From contig JBQCHK010000027.1 of the NCBI GenBank assembly GCA_051954725.1, positions 112,269-144,268 on the forward strand: a stretch of 32,000 nt of DNA. The letters are read 5' to 3'. The notes beneath the pieces are model-generated. The model was not told the origin of the DNA. It worked only from the letters and a program-made list of their open reading frames with translations, and did not search any database. Made by a program: the position numbers and the translations under genes. Origin of the DNA: Afipia sp. (GTDB taxonomy: Bacteria; Pseudomonadota; Alphaproteobacteria; Rhizobiales; Xanthobacteraceae). This document shows positions 28,958 through 32,000 of the stretch, piece after piece (the first letter of the stretch is position 1; each line of letters opens with the position of its first letter).

Positions 28958-29692
28958 ATGTCTGATCGGCTGAAAGGCAAGCGCGCATTCGTGACCGCAG
29001 CGGCGGTTGGGATCGGCCGCGCCTGCGCACTGGCATTCGCTCGAGAGGGCGCCACAGTAATCGCCACCGACATCGACGAAAAAGGCGTCGCCAGCCTCAC
29101 CAAGGAAGGCGTCAAGGAAACAGCGAAACTTGACGCCCGGGACACCGCAGCCGTCAACGCCATGGCCCGGCAGGTCGGCAATGTCGACATCCTGCTCAAT
29201 GCCGCCGGCTTTGTGCATCATGGCACTGTGCTGGAATGCTCCGAGGACGACTGGGACTTCTCGTTCGACCTCAACGTGAAATCCATGCACCGTACGATCC
29301 GCGCGTTCCTGCCCGCGATGCTCGAAAACGGTGGCGGCTCGATCGTCAACATCTCCTCCGCCGCGGGCGTCTACAAGGCGGCGCCCAACCGCTACGTTTA
29401 CAGCGCGACCAAATCGGCGGTCGCCGCCCTCACCCGCGCGGTGGCAGTGGACTTCATCACCAAGGGTATCCGCTGCAACGCTATCTGCCCGGGCACCATC
29501 GAAACACCATCGATGCTCGGCCGCGCGGCGTCGCTCGGCTCGGGTGGGCGTGAAATGTTCGTCAGCCGCCAGCCTATGGGCCGGCTCGGCACCGCGGAGG
29601 AAATCGCGATGCTCGCGGTTTATCTCGCCAGCGACGAAAGCGCATTTACGACAGGCGTCGCACACATCATCGATGGCGGCTGGACGTTATAA
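28958..29692 (+). CDS. SDR oxidoreductase, DHRS6/2-keto-3-deoxy-L-fuconate dehydrogenase-like
   Basis: ATG 28958: MSDRLKGKRAFVTAAAVGIGRACALAFAREGATVIATDID...NAAGFVHHGTVLECSEDDWDFSFDLNVKSM...YSATKSAVAALTRAVAVDFITKGIRCNAICPGTIETPS. Track start 28775 overlaps the upstream gene and is unlikely. Confidence 0.85.
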   Translation: MSDRLKGKRAFVTAAAVGIGRACALAFAREGATVIATDIDEKGVASLTKEGVKETAKLDARDTAAVNAMARQVGNVDILLNAAGFVHHGTVLECSEDDWDFSFDLNVKSMHRTIRAFLPAMLENGGGSIVNISSAAGVYKAAPNRYVYSATKSAVAALTRAVAVDFITKGIRCNAICPGTIETPSMLGRAASLGSGGREMFVSRQPMGRLGTAEEIAMLAVYLASDESAFTTGVAHIIDGGWTL

Positions 29693-29715
29693 GAAACGAA
29701 TCTGGGAGATTGACT

Positions 29716-30462
29716 GTGAACAAGATCGATCTGAGCGGACGGTTCGCCGTCGTCACCGGCGGTGCGCAGGGCTTCGGCCGCGCTATCGCCGAACGATTCG
29801 TGGAATCGGGTGCCAAGGTAGCGATATGGGATCACGACCAGGCCCTGAGCGAAAAAACCGCCAAGGAAATCGGTCCCGCGGTGATCGCGCTTAAGGTCGA
29901 TGTGACCGATCCCGCCGCTGTCGATGCAGCAAGAGACGCAACGATCAAGGCGTTCGGCCGCATCGACATTCTGGTCAACAACGCGGGGATTGCTGGTGTC
30001 AACAAGACTGTCGCCGACCTCAGCGTTGACGAGTGGCGTCAGGTCATGCGGATCAATCTCGACGGCCCCTTTATCTGCTGCAAGGCTGTGGTGCCCGCAA
30101 TGGTGAAGCAGAACTATGGCCGCATCATCAACATCGCATCGATCGCCGGCAAGGAAGGCAATCCCAACGCCTCGCACTATTCGGCATCAAAAGCAGGCGT
30201 GATCGCGCTCACCAAATCGCTCGGCAAGGAACTGGCCGGCACCGACATCGCCGTCAACGCCGTGACCCCCGCCGCGGCCAAGACCGCGATCTTTGACCAG
30301 ATGACCCAGCAGCATATCGACTTCATGCTGTCGAAGATTCCGCGTGGGCGCTTCCTGAAGGTGGAGGAACTGGCGTCGCTGGTCGCCTGGATGGCATCCG
30401 AGGAATGCCTTTACACCACCGGCGCAGTGTTCGACATTTCCGGCGGCCGCGCGACGTATTGA
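29716..30462 (+). CDS. SDR family oxidoreductase
   Basis: GTG 29716 gives MNKIDLSGRFAVVTGGAQGFGRAIAERF; TGGxxGxG, NNAG, YSASK motifs; terminates FDISGGRATY. Confidence 0.88.
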   Translation: MNKIDLSGRFAVVTGGAQGFGRAIAERFVESGAKVAIWDHDQALSEKTAKEIGPAVIALKVDVTDPAAVDAARDATIKAFGRIDILVNNAGIAGVNKTVADLSVDEWRQVMRINLDGPFICCKAVVPAMVKQNYGRIINIASIAGKEGNPNASHYSASKAGVIALTKSLGKELAGTDIAVNAVTPAAAKTAIFDQMTQQHIDFMLSKIPRGRFLKVEELASLVAWMASEECLYTTGAVFDISGGRATY

Positions 30463-30492
30463 GCAAGAGGGCGGCGTTCTCAGGAGACGGGA

Positions 30493-31359
30493 ATGACGAT
30501 GGACGCTCCGCAAATTGACCAGCAAAATGCTGACCAGGCCGCCTACTGGAACGGACCAGCCGGCCGGCATTGGACCGAACGACAGCAGATTCAGGACCTC
30601 GTCCTTGCGCCTGTCTCGCGGATTCTGATCGAGCGTGCCGGCATCACTCCGGAGACACACGCCCTTGACGTTGGCTGCGGCTGCGGCGCCACAACCATCG
30701 AGATTGGAAAGCAGCTTGGACCGGCGGGCCGTGTGCTCGGCCTCGACATTTCCGCGCCGATGCTGGCCCGGGCGCGCGAACTCGCGCCGGAAGGCGCCCC
30801 CATCGATTTTGTTCTAGCGGATGCAACCACGTACGCGTTCGAACCGCAGTCCTTCGATCTATTGGTCTCACGGTTCGGCGTGATGTTCTTTGCCGATCCC
30901 GTCGCATCGTTCGCGAATCTGCGAACAGCCCTGAAACACGGCGGCTGCGTCGCGTTCGCCTGCTGGCGCGAACCGCGACAGAATCCATGGATGATGGTGC
31001 CGTTGAAGGCCGCCTACAAACACGTGCCGAAACTTCCCGAAATGGCGCCGCACGATCCGGGGCCGTTCGCCTTCGCGCAGGAAGACTGGGTGCGACACAT
31101 CCTGACATCGGCCGGCTTCTCGTCGATCGCGATGGAGCCTCACGATGTCCAACTGGACATCGCGGTTGGGCGTGGACTGGAAGCCGCGATCGAAGGCGCG
31201 CTGGAGATTGGACCGGCCAGCCGCGCACTCGAGGGACAACCCGAGCATCTGCGAGAGGCGGCGATTGCGTCGATCCGCGAAACTCTTCGGCCTCTCGTCA
31301 CGGACGGGAAAGTGCCGCTGGGCGGATCGATCTGGCTCGTTTCGGCAACGAATCCCTGA
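30493..31359 (+). CDS. Class I SAM-dependent methyltransferase
   Basis: 288 aa; motif I HALDVGCGCGATTIEIGKQLGPAGRVLGLDISAPML, followed by DATTYAFEPQSFDLLVSRFGVMFFADP. Confidence 0.87.
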   Translation: MTMDAPQIDQQNADQAAYWNGPAGRHWTERQQIQDLVLAPVSRILIERAGITPETHALDVGCGCGATTIEIGKQLGPAGRVLGLDISAPMLARARELAPEGAPIDFVLADATTYAFEPQSFDLLVSRFGVMFFADPVASFANLRTALKHGGCVAFACWREPRQNPWMMVPLKAAYKHVPKLPEMAPHDPGPFAFAQEDWVRHILTSAGFSSIAMEPHDVQLDIAVGRGLEAAIEGALEIGPASRALEGQPEHLREAAIASIRETLRPLVTDGKVPLGGSIWLVSATNP

Positions 31360-31361
31360 CC

Positions 31362-32000
31362 CTACATTGTCGCGCCGAGTACCCATGGCGCGAATTCGGC
31401 CGCGCCGAAATCGAACGTCTCGCTCTTGGTCTGCTCACCGGACGCAACGCGCAGGATCAGATCGAAAATCCGCTGGCCGCACTGCTGCACGCTCTCGTCA
31501 CCATCGAGAATGGTGCCGCAGTTGACATCCATGTCGTCTTCCATCCGCCTGTACATCGGCGTGTTGGTGGCGAGTTTGATCGAGGGCGACGGCTTGCAGC
31601 CGAATACGCTGCCGCGCCCTGTGGTGAAGCAGACGAGATTTGCGCCGCCCGCCACCTGCCCTGTCGCGGCCACCGGATCGAAACCGGGCGTGTCCATGAA
31701 CACGAATCCCTTTCTCGTCACCGTTTCGGCATAGGCGACAACGTCAACGAGATTGGTGCTGCCCGCCTTGGCCATGGCACCGAGAGATTTCTCCAGAATG
31801 GTGGTCAGTCCGCCAGCCTTGTTGCCGGGGCTGGGGTTGGAGTCCATCTCCGCGCCCTCGCGCTCGGTGTACTCTTCCCACCAGCGCATCAGCGCGACCA
31901 GCTTTTCGCCGACCTCGCGGCTGACGGCACGGCGCGTCAACAGATGTTCGGCGCCATAGGTTTCCGGCGTCTCCGACAGGATGACCGTGCCACCGTGGCG
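31362..32000 (-). CDS. UxaA-family (altronate/galactarate dehydratase-type) hydrolase, C-terminal part; runs off right edge
   Basis: The frame remains open from 31940 to 32000: RHGGTVILSETPETYGAEHLLTRRAVSREVGEKLVALMRWWEEYTEREGAEMDSNPSPGNKAGGLTTILEKSLGAMAKAGS...DTPGFDPVAATGQVAGGANLVCFTTGRGSVFGCKPSPSIKLATNTPMY. Classic UxaA C-terminal region; the track 'start' at 31940 is a TTG internal to the gene. Confidence 0.92.
   Translation of the reverse strand, partial: RHGGTVILSETPETYGAEHLLTRRAVSREVGEKLVALMRWWEEYTEREGAEMDSNPSPGNKAGGLTTILEKSLGAMAKAGSTNLVDVVAYAETVTRKGFVFMDTPGFDPVAATGQVAGGANLVCFTTGRGSVFGCKPSPSIKLATNTPMYRRMEDDMDVNCGTILDGDESVQQCGQRIFDLILRVASGEQTKSETFDFGAAEFAPWVLGATM

Overview
The window is a GC-rich alphaproteobacterial chromosome segment; gene content and order resemble Bradyrhizobium/Rhodopseudomonas/Afipia-type genomes (inference). 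It has two blocks. (A) About 1-16.8 kb is a hopanoid (hpn) biosynthesis locus: hpnO (cut by the left edge and absent from the ORF track), a DUF2147-type secreted protein, hpnN, dxs, ispH, hpnH, then an opposite-strand run hpnB-hpnC-hpnD-hpnE-shc(hpnF)-hpnG, preceded by a B12-binding radical SAM gene that best fits the hopanoid C-2 methylase hpnP. A motif GGAAC-N16-CGTT, matching the EcfG general-stress sigma consensus, sits about 120 bp upstream of hpnP in the correct orientation. (B) About 17-32 kb holds an MDR-family oxidoreductase, a divergent gamma-glutamyltransferase-family Ntn hydrolase, and a sugar-acid uptake/catabolism locus: eda, kdgK, a denD-like dehydrogenase, a MalFG/UgpC-type ABC transporter with a Tat-type binding protein, an IlvD/Edd dehydratase, two SDRs (one resembling the DHRS6/2-keto-3-deoxy-L-fuconate dehydrogenase family), a SAM methyltransferase and a UxaA-family dehydratase running off the right edge. 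The substrate of block B cannot be determined from sequence. I see no tRNA, rRNA, CRISPR array or mobile element. I do not see an obviously unprecedented system. The items most worth follow-up are the stress promoter at hpnP, the mixed phosphorylative/oxidative sugar-acid locus, and the atypical nucleophile region in the GGT-family protein.
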